Source of the DNA: Pseudomonadota bacterium
GTDB taxonomy: Bacteria > Pseudomonadota > Alphaproteobacteria > Caulobacterales > Caulobacteraceae
Direction: 5' to 3'
DNA length: 64,000 nucleotides
Assembly: GCA_018241995.1 (NCBI GenBank)
Contig: JAFECT010000010.1
Location: 25,384-89,383, forward strand
Below the pieces are notes generated by a model. That model searched no databases. It saw nothing but the letters and a program-made list of their open reading frames with translations, and was not told the origin of the DNA. Each line of letters starts with the position of its first letter. The stretch's first letter is position 1. Positions 39,259-48,908 of the stretch are shown here, in pieces. A program made the position numbers and the translations under genes.

Positions 39259-40443
39259 TCAGGCGCCCGGCAGGTTCAGGAGGCGTTTGGCGATGATGTT
39301 GAGCTGGACCTCACTGGTTCCGCCCTCGATCGAGTTGGCCTTGGTCCGCAGCCAGGATCGCGCGGGCGTGCCGCCCTGTGAGCGCTCGCTCTCCCACTCC
39401 AGGGCGTCGGCGCCGCCCGCGGCCATCATCAGCTCGTGGCGGCGCTTGTTCAGCTCCGCGCCGTAATACTTCAGCATCGAGGACAGCGCCGGGTGGCCCT
39501 GCTTCGCCTTGGCCAGGTCGCCGGTGCGCTCGATGGCCAGGCGGAACGCCAGGGCGTCCACGTCGAAGCGGGCGATGTCGGCGCGCAGCAGCGGATCGTC
39601 CAGGCGGCCTTGCGCATCGAGGCCGATCGCCTTCTTCGCGACCTCCCCCAGTGAGGCCATGTCCATGCCCATGTTGGAGATCATCTCCCGCTCGTGGGTG
39701 AGCAGGTGCTTGGCCACGTCCCAGCCGCGGTTGAGCGTCCCGACCAGGTTCTCCTTGGGCACGACCACATCGTCGAAGAAGGTCTCGCAGAAGGGCGACT
39801 TGCCGGAGATCAGCACGATCGGCTTGGTCGAGACGCCCGGGGTGGTCATGTCGAACAGCACGAAGGAAATGCCCTCGTGCTTGGGCGCCGTCGGGTCGGT
39901 GCGCACCAGGCAGAAGATCCAGTCGGCCTTGTCGGCGTAGGAGGTCCAGACCTTCTGGCCGTTGACCAGCCAGTGGTCGCCCTTGTCCTCGGCGCGGGTC
40001 TGCAACGAGGCGAGGTCGGAGCCCGCGCCCGGTTCGGAATAGCCCTGGCACCAGCGGATTTCGCCGCGCACGATGGGGGGCAGGAAATGCTGCTTCTGCT
40101 CTTCGGTGCCGTATTGCAGCAGGGCCGGGCCCAGCATCCAGATGCCGAAGCTGTCGAGCGGGGAGCGGGCGTTGATGCGGCGCATCTCCGAGCGCAGCAC
40201 CTTGGCCTCCTCGCGGCTCAGGCCCCCGCCGCCGTATGCGGTCGGCCATTCCGGCGCGGTCCAGCCCTTGGCCGCCATGGCGTCGAGCCACTGTTTCTGG
40301 GCGGGGGACGAGAACTTGGCGTTGCGCCCGCCCCAGACACGGTCCTCCTCGTCCTTCAGCGGCAGGCGCATCTCCGGCGGGCAGTTCGCCTCCAGCCAGG
40401 CGCGCGTTTCGGCGCGGAAGCTCTCCAGGTCGGCCATGGGCAT
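39259..40443 (-). CDS. Acyl-CoA dehydrogenase family protein (394 aa)
   Basis: ACAD motifs are present: WCQGYSEPGAGSDLASL and the C-terminal NSIEGGTSEVQLNIIA. It lies 4 nt upstream of the 379-aa ACAD. Confidence 0.85.
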   Translation of the reverse strand: MPMADLESFRAETRAWLEANCPPEMRLPLKDEEDRVWGGRNAKFSSPAQKQWLDAMAAKGWTAPEWPTAYGGGGLSREEAKVLRSEMRRINARSPLDSFGIWMLGPALLQYGTEEQKQHFLPPIVRGEIRWCQGYSEPGAGSDLASLQTRAEDKGDHWLVNGQKVWTSYADKADWIFCLVRTDPTAPKHEGISFVLFDMTTPGVSTKPIVLISGKSPFCETFFDDVVVPKENLVGTLNRGWDVAKHLLTHEREMISNMGMDMASLGEVAKKAIGLDAQGRLDDPLLRADIARFDVDALAFRLAIERTGDLAKAKQGHPALSSMLKYYGAELNKRRHELMMAAGGADALEWESERSQGGTPARSWLRTKANSIEGGTSEVQLNIIAKRLLNLPGA

Positions 40444-40475
40444 ATCCCTTGTTCGCGGCCCTAACTTATCAGCGA

Positions 40476-41474
40476 TCAGTCGATCGTCACCACGATCTTG
40501 CCCTTGGCCTGGCGCGAGGCGAGCCGGGCGATGGCCTGGGGCGCCTGCGCGAGCGTATAGCGCTCGGAAACCTCAGGCCTGATCTTGCCCTCGGCGTAGA
40601 GCTGCATCAGCTCGCGGACATTGGCCGCGTTGCCCTTCGGGTCGCGCGCGACGAAGCCGCCCCAGAACACGCCGATGATCTGGCAGCCCTTCAGCAGGGT
40701 CAGGTTTAAGGGAATCTTGGGGATGCCGGCCGGGAAGCCGACCACCAGGAAGCGCCCCTCCCAGGCGATGGCCCTGAGCGCGGCCTCGGCATAGTCGCCG
40801 CCGACCGGGTCGTAGATCACGTCCGCGCCATTGGGGCCGACCGCGTCCTTGAACAGGGCCGCCAGGGCCTTGGCCTGGTCCTTGTCGAAGGGCCCCGCGG
40901 GATAGACCACGGCGGAGTCAGCGCCATGGGCCAGGCACAGGTCCGCCTTGTCCTGCGAAGAGACGGCCGCGACCACCCGCGCGCCTGTGGCCTTGCCGAG
41001 CTCGATGGCGGCCAGCCCCACGCCGCCGGCGGCGCCCAACACGAGCAGGGTCTCGCCGGCCTTCAGCTTCGCGCGATCCTTCAGGGCGTGGATCGAGGTG
41101 CCGTAGGTCAGCATCAGGGCCGCGCCGTCCTCAAACGGCATGGCGTCCGGCATGGGGATGCAGCCGGCCGCGTGGGCGACGACTTTCTCGGCCAGGCCGC
41201 CGACCGAGGGGAAGGCGATGACCCGGTCGCCGGGCTTGACGTTGGTCACGCCCTCGCCGACCGCCTCGACGACGCCCGCCACCTCCGCCCCCGGCGAGAA
41301 CGGCCGCGGCGGCTTGAACTGGTACTTGTCCTCGATGATCAGCACGTCGGGGTAGTTGATGCTGCAGGCCTTGACCGCGATCAGGGCCTCGCCCTTGCCG
41401 GGTTTGGGATCGGGCAGGTTTTCCAGGGTCAGGGTCTCGGGCGGCCCGGGCTCGCGGGACAGGATCGCTTTCAT
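40476..41474 (-). CDS. NADPH:quinone oxidoreductase (zinc-independent MDR family)
   Basis: 332 aa. It has a GroES-like N-terminal domain (PPRPFSPGAEVAGVVEAVGEGV) and the Rossmann motif VLGAAGGVGLAAIELGK. Confidence 0.85.
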   Translation of the reverse strand: MKAILSREPGPPETLTLENLPDPKPGKGEALIAVKACSINYPDVLIIEDKYQFKPPRPFSPGAEVAGVVEAVGEGVTNVKPGDRVIAFPSVGGLAEKVVAHAAGCIPMPDAMPFEDGAALMLTYGTSIHALKDRAKLKAGETLLVLGAAGGVGLAAIELGKATGARVVAAVSSQDKADLCLAHGADSAVVYPAGPFDKDQAKALAALFKDAVGPNGADVIYDPVGGDYAEAALRAIAWEGRFLVVGFPAGIPKIPLNLTLLKGCQIIGVFWGGFVARDPKGNAANVRELMQLYAEGKIRPEVSERYTLAQAPQAIARLASRQAKGKIVVTID

Positions 41475-41477
41475 GGC

Positions 41478-42716
41478 TCAGACCGCGTTCGAATATTTCG
41501 CGAATTCCAGCCGCGCGATGGCGCGGTTGTGCACCTCGTCCGGGCCGTCGGCGAGACGAAGCGTGCGGATACCGGCATAGGCCTTGGACAGGCCGAAGTC
41601 GTCCGAGACCCCGCCGCCGCCGTGGGCCTGGATGGCGTCGTCGATCACCTTCAGCGCCATGCGCGGCGCCGCCACCTTGATCATGGCGATCTCGAGCTGG
41701 GCGACCTTGTTGCCGGCCTTGTCCATCATGTCCGCCGCCTTCAGGCACAAGAGGCGGTTCATCTCGATGTCGATGCGGGCCTCGGCGATGCGCTGCTCCC
41801 ATACCGACTGGCTGGCGATGGGCTTGCCGAAGGCGACGCGGCTCTGGAGGCGGCGAGCCATCTTCTCGATGGCGACCTCCGCCGTGCCGATGGTGCGCAT
41901 GCAGTGATGGATGCGGCCCGGCCCTAGCCGCCCCTGGGCGATCTCGAAACCGCGCCCTTCGCCCAGCAGCATGTTGCCGGCGGGCACGCGCACGTTCTCC
42001 AGCAGCACCTCGGCGTGGCCATGCGGCGCGTCGTCGAAGCCGAACACCGGCAGCATGCGCAGCACCTTCACGCCCGGCGCATCCATTGGCATCAGGATCA
42101 TCGACTGCTGGGCGTGGCGCTGGGCCTCCGGATCGGTCTTGCCCATCACGATGGCGATCTTGCAGCGCGGGTCGCCGACGCCGGACGACCACCACTTGCG
42201 CCCGTTGATCACATAATCGTCCCCGTCGCGGACGATGGAGGTCTCGATATTGGTGGCGTCCGAGGAGGCCACCGCGGGCTCGGTCATCAGGAAGGCGGAG
42301 CGGATCTCGCCGGCCATCAGGGGCCTGAGCCACTGAGCCTTGTTCTCCTCCGAGCCGTAGTTCCTGAGCACCTCCATATTGCCGGTGTCGGGCGCGGAGC
42401 AGTTGAACACCTCGGACGCCCACTCGACCCGACCCATCTCCTCGGCGCAGAGCGCGTATTCGAGGTTGGTCAGGCCGGCGCCGCGATACTCCTCGGTGTC
42501 GCGGGCGGTGGGGTTCATGAACAGGTTCCACAGGCCCTCCGCGCGGGCCTTGGGCTTCAGGTCCTCGATGATCTGCGGGATCGTGGTCCAGCGCGCCTCG
42601 CCGACCAGCGAGGTCTGGCGCTTGTAGACGTCAAGGTTGGGATAGATGTGGGCGTCCATGAAGGCCCGCACCCGGTCGCGCCAATAGCGCTGCCGTTCGG
42701 AAAGGTCGAAGTCCAT
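41478..42716 (-). CDS. Acyl-CoA dehydrogenase (ACAD10/11 / FadE2-like)
   Basis: 412 aa. [17 protein letters not shown] and the C-terminal [19 protein letters not shown] are typical of this subgroup. Confidence 0.85.
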   Translation of the reverse strand: MDFDLSERQRYWRDRVRAFMDAHIYPNLDVYKRQTSLVGEARWTTIPQIIEDLKPKARAEGLWNLFMNPTARDTEEYRGAGLTNLEYALCAEEMGRVEWASEVFNCSAPDTGNMEVLRNYGSEENKAQWLRPLMAGEIRSAFLMTEPAVASSDATNIETSIVRDGDDYVINGRKWWSSGVGDPRCKIAIVMGKTDPEAQRHAQQSMILMPMDAPGVKVLRMLPVFGFDDAPHGHAEVLLENVRVPAGNMLLGEGRGFEIAQGRLGPGRIHHCMRTIGTAEVAIEKMARRLQSRVAFGKPIASQSVWEQRIAEARIDIEMNRLLCLKAADMMDKAGNKVAQLEIAMIKVAAPRMALKVIDDAIQAHGGGGVSDDFGLSKAYAGIRTLRLADGPDEVHNRAIARLEFAKYSNAV

Positions 42717-42790
42717 CGCAGGTCCCCTGATCGCCGTTTACTCATCCGTTAGCAGGTGACGCTGCCCCGGCAAACGGTGTTCGGCGAGCT

Positions 42791-44746
42791 TCAGTCGACG
42801 TGCAGGCTTTCGGCGACGGCCCGGCGCAGGTCTTCCGGCGCATAGGGCTTGGAAAGGATGCGGAATTCCGAGCCGGCGCCGGCATTGGGGCCGCCGTAGC
42901 CGGTGGTCAGCAGCACCGGCAGATGCGGCCAGGACTGGTTGATCTCGCGGGCTAGGTCGAAGCCGTTGCGCCCGCCGGGCATGACCACGTCGGAGAAGAC
43001 CAGGTCGAACTTGCCCCCGGCCAGAGCGCGCAAGGCTGCATGCGCATCCGCAGCGTGGGTCACCTCCGCGCCTGCTTCTCGCAGCAGGGCGCAGGTCACC
43101 TCGGCGACGCGCGGATCGTCCTCGACCACCAGCAGCCGATGACCGGCCAGATCCTGCCGCGGCTCTGCAGCCCTTCCGCCGATGCTGGCGGCCGCGACAT
43201 GCGTTTCCGGAAGCAGGAAGGTGACGGTCGTGCCTTCCCCCTCCTTGCTTTCGATGGTCAGGGTGCCGCCGGACTGCCGGGCGAAGCCGTAGGCCTGGCT
43301 CAGGCCCAGGCCGGTGCCACGACCGACCTCCTTGGTGGTGAAAAACGGCTCGAACACCCGATTGATCAGCTCCGCGGGGATGCCTGTGCCGGTGTCGGAG
43401 ATGGAGATGGCCACGAAGTCGCCGCTGATCTCGTCGGGGCCGTCCTTTACGGCGCGCCGCTCGGCCTTGAGTGTCAGGCGCCCGCCCTGGCCCATGGCGT
43501 CGCGCGCGTTCAGGCAGATGTTCAGGAGCGCGAGTTCCAATTGCCTGAGATCCGCCTCGACCGCGAGGCCCGGCTCGATATCGAAGCGCATGTCGACGCC
43601 TGCGCCGATCGAGCGGTCGAGCAGGTCGCGGAACGCGGGCATCATGGCGTCGATCGCAACCGGCTCCGGCGTCAGGGATTGCCGGCGCGAGAAGGCCAGG
43701 AGCTGCCGGGTCAGGCTGGCGCCCCGGTGGGCCGCTTCGGAGACCGTCTGCAGCAGCTGGGCGGCGCGCTTCGGATCTTCGATCTTGCGCAGGGCCAGGT
43801 CGACGCCGCTGACGATCACAGTCAAGAGGTTGTTGAAGTCGTGCGCCACGCCGCCGGTCAGCTGGCCGATGGCCTCCATCTTCTGGGCCTGGAACAGCTG
43901 CTCCCGGGCCTCGGCCAGGCGCTCCTCGGCCTCCTTCCGCTCGGTGATGTCGCGGGTGATCTTGGCGAAGCCGACCAGTTGCGCATCCTCGCCGCGGATC
44001 GCGTCGATGATCACATTGGCCCAGAAGCGCGAGCCGTCCTTGCGCACCCGCCAGCCCTCGGCCTCGAACCGCCCGGTCGCGCGCGCCGTCTCCAGGGCCA
44101 GGGTCGGGCGGCCGTCCGCCAGGTCCTCGGGCGTGTAGAACATGCTGAAGTGCCGGCCCATCACCTCGTCGGCGGCGTAGCCCTTGATGCGCTCGGCGCC
44201 GGTGTTCCAGCTGGTCACTTCGCCTGTGGGGCTCAGCATATAGAGGGCGTAATCGACCACGCCCGCGACCAGTAGGCGGAACTGGCGTTCGCTCTCGCGA
44301 AGGGCTTCCTCAGCCGCGCGCCGCTCGGTCATGTCGCGCGTGATCTTGGCGAAGCCGATCAGGCGGCCGCTGTCGTCGCGGACCGCGTCCAGCACCGCCA
44401 TGGCCCAGAAGCGCGAGCCGTCCTTGCGTAGCCGCCAGCCCTCGGTCTGATAGCGGCCTACGGTTCTTGCGGTCTCGAGCGCCCGCTCGGGCACGCCCGC
44501 CGCGCGGTCCTCCTCGGTGAAGAACTGGGAATAGTGCCGGCCGATGATCTCCGCGGGCGCGTAGCCCTTGATTTCTTGCGCGCCGGGGTTCCACGACGCC
44601 ACGCGGCCGCTCGGATCGAGCATATAGATCGCGTAGTCGGCCACCGCCTCCACCAGCAGGCGGTGGAGCTGTTGGTCATCTACGACGCCCACATGTTCTT
44701 CGGTCCGGTCGAGGCCGGTGTCAGACATTGGCTTTCCCGAGCCCAC
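42791..44746 (-). CDS. Hybrid sensor histidine kinase / response regulator with two PAS domains
   Basis: 651 aa. It has two PAS repeats (WNPGAQEIKGYAPAEIIGRHYSQFF / WNTGAERIKGYAADEVMGRHFSMFY), the H-box GGVAHDFNNLL, an ATPase with G-boxes, and a C-terminal receiver domain (LVVEDD...SDVVMPG...SKPY). Confidence 0.88.
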   Translation of the reverse strand: MGSGKPMSDTGLDRTEEHVGVVDDQQLHRLLVEAVADYAIYMLDPSGRVASWNPGAQEIKGYAPAEIIGRHYSQFFTEEDRAAGVPERALETARTVGRYQTEGWRLRKDGSRFWAMAVLDAVRDDSGRLIGFAKITRDMTERRAAEEALRESERQFRLLVAGVVDYALYMLSPTGEVTSWNTGAERIKGYAADEVMGRHFSMFYTPEDLADGRPTLALETARATGRFEAEGWRVRKDGSRFWANVIIDAIRGEDAQLVGFAKITRDITERKEAEERLAEAREQLFQAQKMEAIGQLTGGVAHDFNNLLTVIVSGVDLALRKIEDPKRAAQLLQTVSEAAHRGASLTRQLLAFSRRQSLTPEPVAIDAMMPAFRDLLDRSIGAGVDMRFDIEPGLAVEADLRQLELALLNICLNARDAMGQGGRLTLKAERRAVKDGPDEISGDFVAISISDTGTGIPAELINRVFEPFFTTKEVGRGTGLGLSQAYGFARQSGGTLTIESKEGEGTTVTFLLPETHVAAASIGGRAAEPRQDLAGHRLLVVEDDPRVAEVTCALLREAGAEVTHAADAHAALRALAGGKFDLVFSDVVMPGGRNGFDLAREINQSWPHLPVLLTTGYGGPNAGAGSEFRILSKPYAPEDLRRAVAESLHVD

Positions 44747-44775
44747 ATTTGTCCCTCTTATGGGGCCTCAGGGCC

Positions 44776-46020
44776 TTAGTTGAAACGTCGAATATCGAAC
44801 ATGTTCAACCGGCTTGGCGTTGCATCCGTCTCGACGAGGTCCATCACGGCCTCCGCCGTCGCCGCGGCCAGGGTCGCGCCGATGTGCTGATGGCCGAGGG
44901 CGTAGAGCGCGCGCGGCGACAGCCGCCCGATAGCCGGCAGAAAGTCGGGCAGCGTCGGCCGGCAGCCCATCCATGGGACGCCGTCGCCGCGCACCGGCGC
45001 CTTCAGCTCAGCCAGCTGACGCTTCAGCGCGGCCCACTTGCGCGGATCGGGCGGGGCGTCCGGTCGGCCGATCTCCGTGAAACTGGTGGCGCGAGCCCCG
45101 GAGTTGAAGCGGGTCAGGTAGATGAAGCGGTCCGCGAACAGGATCGGCTTCAGGTCCTCGGGCCAGTCGTGCTCGGGGAAGTGCAGGTGGTAGCCGCGCT
45201 CGGCCACCAGCGGGGCCTTCGCGCCGAGGTGGCGCATCAGGCGCGCCGAGCGCGCGCCGGCGGCGACCAGGATCTGGTCGGGCGTCAGGCTGAGGCCGTC
45301 GCGCAGGCGCACCTGTATCCGGTTCGGTCCGTCCTCAAGCCTGTCGACAGTGCCGATGATCGCCTGCCCGCCGGCGGCGGCGAAGGCCGACCACAGCGCC
45401 TCCACCGTCTGGCCTGGGTCGGCGAGCTTGGCGGTGTTCTCGAAATAGGCGCCGCCTTGTGGGCGCCCGTCGAACAGGGCCTGCATCTGTTCCAGCTCGG
45501 CCATGTCGATCGGACGATAGCGGCCGGGGCCCAGGTCGGCATGGGCCAGGTCGATCAGGCCGCGCTGGGCCGAGGCCTCGCTTTCCCAGAGGTGGAAATA
45601 GCCGACGTCCTGCACCAGGTCCGGCCGGCCGATGTCGACGGCCAGGGCATGCCAAGCCGGGATGGCGCGCTCGAGCAGGGCGCCGAGCGCCGCGGTTCCG
45701 GCGCGGAAGCGGGAGGGCTTGCAGGCGATCAGGTAGCGCAGCGCCCACGGTCCCCACAGGGTGATGTCGCCCAGCCGGAAATCCAGCGGCCCGCCCATGC
45801 CGAACAGGCGCCCGGGCGCGCTCCGGACCTGCGCCCACGAGGTCAGGGGCTCGGCGGATTCGATGACGATATGGCCCGCGTTGCCGAAGGAGGCGCGGTC
45901 GCGCTCCTGGCCGGGATCGATCAGGGTGACCTGGGCGCCGGCCTGCTGCAGCCGAACGGCTGCGGAGGCCCCGATCAGGCCGCCGCCGATCACCGCGATG
46001 TGCTGGCCTTTGACGCTCAC
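44776..46020 (-). CDS. FAD-dependent oxidoreductase (D-amino-acid / D-hydroxyproline dehydrogenase-like)
   Basis: 414 aa. The dinucleotide fold is IAVIGGGLIGASAAVRL and it has DAO-family architecture. It is divergent from the hydroxyproline epimerase operon. Confidence 0.75.
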   Translation of the reverse strand: MSVKGQHIAVIGGGLIGASAAVRLQQAGAQVTLIDPGQERDRASFGNAGHIVIESAEPLTSWAQVRSAPGRLFGMGGPLDFRLGDITLWGPWALRYLIACKPSRFRAGTAALGALLERAIPAWHALAVDIGRPDLVQDVGYFHLWESEASAQRGLIDLAHADLGPGRYRPIDMAELEQMQALFDGRPQGGAYFENTAKLADPGQTVEALWSAFAAAGGQAIIGTVDRLEDGPNRIQVRLRDGLSLTPDQILVAAGARSARLMRHLGAKAPLVAERGYHLHFPEHDWPEDLKPILFADRFIYLTRFNSGARATSFTEIGRPDAPPDPRKWAALKRQLAELKAPVRGDGVPWMGCRPTLPDFLPAIGRLSPRALYALGHQHIGATLAAATAEAVMDLVETDATPSRLNMFDIRRFN

Positions 46021-46093
46021 TCAGGGCTCCGCTTGCGTGCTTCGAAAGATCGTATACGATTTCGATCCGACTAATCCAAGGGGAGTTGCGGCC

Positions 46094-47005
46094 ATGGCTT
46101 CGATCGATTGGGCGGGCGTGTTCCCCGCCGCCACCACCCAGTTCAAGCCTGACCTTTCCATCGACATGGAGGCGACCCAAGGGATGCTCGACGCCCTGGT
46201 CAGGGACGGCGTCCACGGCCTGATCGTGATGGGGACCTGCGGTGAAAACAATTCGCTGGAGCCGGATGAGAAGCGCGCTGTCCTGGCCGCTGCGCGCGAG
46301 GCCGTCGCCGGTCGCGTGCCGATCGTGGTGGGGGTTTCGGAGCTGACCACCACGCGGGCGGTCGCTTTCGCGCGCGATGCCGAGCGGCTGGGCGCCGACG
46401 GGCTGATGCTGCTGCCGGCCATGGTCTATGTGCCCAAGGAGGAGGAGCTGGTCGCCCACTTCCGCATGGTTGCCGAGGCGATCTCGCTTCCGATCATGCT
46501 CTACAACAACCCGCCGGCCTATCGGGTCAATATCGGGGTTGGGGCGCTCCAGAAGCTTTCGGACCAGGCCAACATTGTGGCGGTCAAGGAATCCGCGCCC
46601 GATCCCCGACGCTTCACCGATCTGATCAATGCGCTGGGCGACCGCTACACCCTGTTCGCGGGCCTGGACGACGTGGCCCTGGAGGGGATGATCCTGGGCG
46701 CCGCCGGCTGGGTCTCGGGCCTGACCAACGCCTTCCCGGCCGAGTCCATCGCGCTCTACGACGCCTTCAAGCGCGGCGATCTGGAGACCGCCCGCGCCAT
46801 CTATCGCTGGTTCATGCCGCTGCTGCACCTCGACGCCGAACACGACCTGGTCCAGTCGATCAAGCTGGCCGAGCAGGTGATGGGCCGGGGCTCGGAGCGG
46901 GTGCGCCCGCCGCGCTGGACCCTGACCGGCGAGCGCCGGGCCGAGGTGATCAGGATGGTCGAGACCGCCGCCGCGACCCGCCCGCAGCTGAAGGCGGCCG
47001 CGTGA
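46094..47005 (+). CDS. Dihydrodipicolinate synthase family protein (candidate 1-pyrroline-4-hydroxy-2-carboxylate deaminase)
   Basis: The start MASIDWAGVFPA is at 46094, after an AAGGGGAG Shine-Dalgarno. DHDPS/NAL family motifs are present (GTCGENNSL, YNNPP, and the Schiff-base Lys in VAVKES). The specific function is inferred from gene context. Confidence 0.75.
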   Translation: MASIDWAGVFPAATTQFKPDLSIDMEATQGMLDALVRDGVHGLIVMGTCGENNSLEPDEKRAVLAAAREAVAGRVPIVVGVSELTTTRAVAFARDAERLGADGLMLLPAMVYVPKEEELVAHFRMVAEAISLPIMLYNNPPAYRVNIGVGALQKLSDQANIVAVKESAPDPRRFTDLINALGDRYTLFAGLDDVALEGMILGAAGWVSGLTNAFPAESIALYDAFKRGDLETARAIYRWFMPLLHLDAEHDLVQSIKLAEQVMGRGSERVRPPRWTLTGERRAEVIRMVETAAATRPQLKAAA

Positions 47006-48003
47006 GCCGCCACACCTTCTTCTGCATCGACGGCCACACCGCCGGGAACCCGGTCCGCCTGATCGCGGGCGGGGCGCCGGTGCTGAACGGCGGCTCGATG
47101 AGCGAGCGGCGCCAGGACTTTATCCAGAACCACGACTGGATTCGAAAGAGCCTGATGTTCGAGCCGCGCGGCCACGACATGATGTCGGGCGGCTTCCTCT
47201 ATCCGCCGTTCGAGGAAGGCTCGGACGCGGCCATCCTGTTCGTGGAGACCTCCGGCGCCTTGCCCATGTGCGGCCACGGCACCATCGGCATGGTCACCTT
47301 CGCGCTTGAGGAGGGGCTGGTCACCCCGCGCGAGGAGGGCCGCCTCGTGGTCGAGGTCCCGGCCGGGAAGCTCACCGTCGAATACGGCCGCAAGGGCCGC
47401 AAGGTCGAATGGGTCCGTATACGGAACGTCGCCAGCTTCCTGGCGGCGGAGGGCGTGCAGGTCGATCTGCCGGGGTTAGGCCCGCTTAGTGTGGACGTGG
47501 CCTACGGCGGCAACTTCTACGCCATCATCGAACCGCAGGGCGCCTACACGGGCCTCGATGACCTGGGCGCCGACAAGCTCGTGGCGCTGAGCCGCATGCT
47601 CAGGGCCAAGATGCGCGGGGCCATCGAGCCGGCGCACCCGCTGGACCCCACCATCCGCGGGGTGAGCCATGTCCTGTGGGCCGACAAGCCCAAGGGCAAT
47701 GACGCCGATGGCAGGAACGCGGTGTTCTACGGCGAGAAGGCCATCGACCGCAGCCCGTGCGGCACCGGCACCTCCGCGCGCCTGGCCCACCTGCACGCCA
47801 AGGGGCGGCTGAAGGTCGGCGAGCGGTTCGTCCACCAGAGCTACATCTGCAGCCGCTTCATCGGTCGCGTGGAGGCCGAGACCACGGTCGGCGACCGCCC
47901 GGGCATCATCCCGTCCATCGAGGGTTCGGCCTGGTCGACCGGCTTCAACCAGATCTGGGTCGATCGCGAGGACCCGTTCTGGGAAGGCTTCTCGGTGGTC
48001 TGA
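47002..48003 (+). CDS. 4-hydroxyproline 2-epimerase (proline racemase family)
   Basis: 333 aa. Both catalytic Cys motifs are present (PMCGHGTIG and DRSPCGTGTSA), arguing for an epimerase/racemase rather than a dehydratase. The GTG start overlaps the upstream stop. Confidence 0.82.
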   Translation: MSRHTFFCIDGHTAGNPVRLIAGGAPVLNGGSMSERRQDFIQNHDWIRKSLMFEPRGHDMMSGGFLYPPFEEGSDAAILFVETSGALPMCGHGTIGMVTFALEEGLVTPREEGRLVVEVPAGKLTVEYGRKGRKVEWVRIRNVASFLAAEGVQVDLPGLGPLSVDVAYGGNFYAIIEPQGAYTGLDDLGADKLVALSRMLRAKMRGAIEPAHPLDPTIRGVSHVLWADKPKGNDADGRNAVFYGEKAIDRSPCGTGTSARLAHLHAKGRLKVGERFVHQSYICSRFIGRVEAETTVGDRPGIIPSIEGSAWSTGFNQIWVDREDPFWEGFSVV

Positions 48004-48638
48004 TGGGCGAACGGGCGCTGCCGGATGTGATCTACGAGGACGTGCGGGCCCGCATCGTGTCTGGCGCCATGGAGCCCGGCCAGCCGGTGCGGCAGGACAC
48101 TCTGGCTGCCGAGCTCGGCGTCTCCAAGATCCCCCTGCGCGAGGCGTTGGCGCGGCTGGAGCGCGACGGCCTGGTGGTCTCGCACCGCAACCGCGGCTTT
48201 GAGGTCAGGGGCCTGAGCGCCGAGGAAGCCGAAGAGGTCTTCGACCTGCGCCTGAAGATCGAGCCCGCGGCGGCCGCCCTGGCCAGCCGCCGGGCGTCTC
48301 CAGAGGATCGGGCGTCGGCAGGCCGGGCTCTGGATGCCCTGGACGAGGCGCTCCAGGCCGGCGGGCCGGACGTGTCCGACCGCAACCGCGACTTCCACCT
48401 CGCCCTCGTCCGACCCTCGGGACGCGAGCTCACCACCCAGCTGGTCGAACGCCTGCACACCCTGGCCGAGCGCTATGTGCAGGCGCACCTCGAACCCCAG
48501 GGCCGCACCGCCCGCGCCCGGGCCGAGCACCACGACCTGTTCGACGCCTGGAGCGCCGGCCGGCCGCACTCGGTCGAGACCCTGGTCCGCTCCCATATCT
48601 CCGGCGCGCTCGAGGATTTGCGCAGGCAATTGCGGTGA
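48003..48638 (+). CDS. GntR family transcriptional regulator (FCD type)
   Basis: The ATG at 48003 overlaps the epimerase stop (TGATG). It has a winged helix-turn-helix (LAAELGVSKIPLREALARLERDGLV) and a C-terminal FCD-like helical domain. It is 211 aa long. Confidence 0.85.
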   Translation: MGERALPDVIYEDVRARIVSGAMEPGQPVRQDTLAAELGVSKIPLREALARLERDGLVVSHRNRGFEVRGLSAEEAEEVFDLRLKIEPAAAALASRRASPEDRASAGRALDALDEALQAGGPDVSDRNRDFHLALVRPSGRELTTQLVERLHTLAERYVQAHLEPQGRTARARAEHHDLFDAWSAGRPHSVETLVRSHISGALEDLRRQLR

Positions 48639-48660
48639 GGCCCGCCAACTTTCCAAAGTG

Positions 48661-48833
48661 TTCGTCATCCTTGAAGGTCAGGTCGCGCCAGCGCCCTGGC
48701 CTTCGAGGACCCACTAGGCGCCACCTTGAGCGCGGCGCCCCACGATCAGCCGGCGCACGCAGCGTTGGGTGCGGAGCCTAGTGGGTCCTCGACGACGCGC
48801 CGCTGCTCGCGGCGCATCGCCAAGGATGACGAA
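48661..48833. repeat. Roughly 173-bp imperfect palindromic intergenic element (MITE/REP-like)
   Basis: The terminal inverted repeats are TTCGTCATCCTTG (48661..48673) and CAAGGATGACGAA (48821..48833). The inner inverted repeats are TCGAGGACCCACTAGGC (48703..48719) and GCCTAGTGGGTCCTCGA (48776..48792). No credible CDS is present. Confidence 0.75.
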
Positions 48834-48908
48834 GAGATAGGGGAGGCGCCTTGCCAATCCCACCGCCCCGCAGTCTGATCCGCCGCCCAAACCCGGAGCC
48901 CACCCCCC

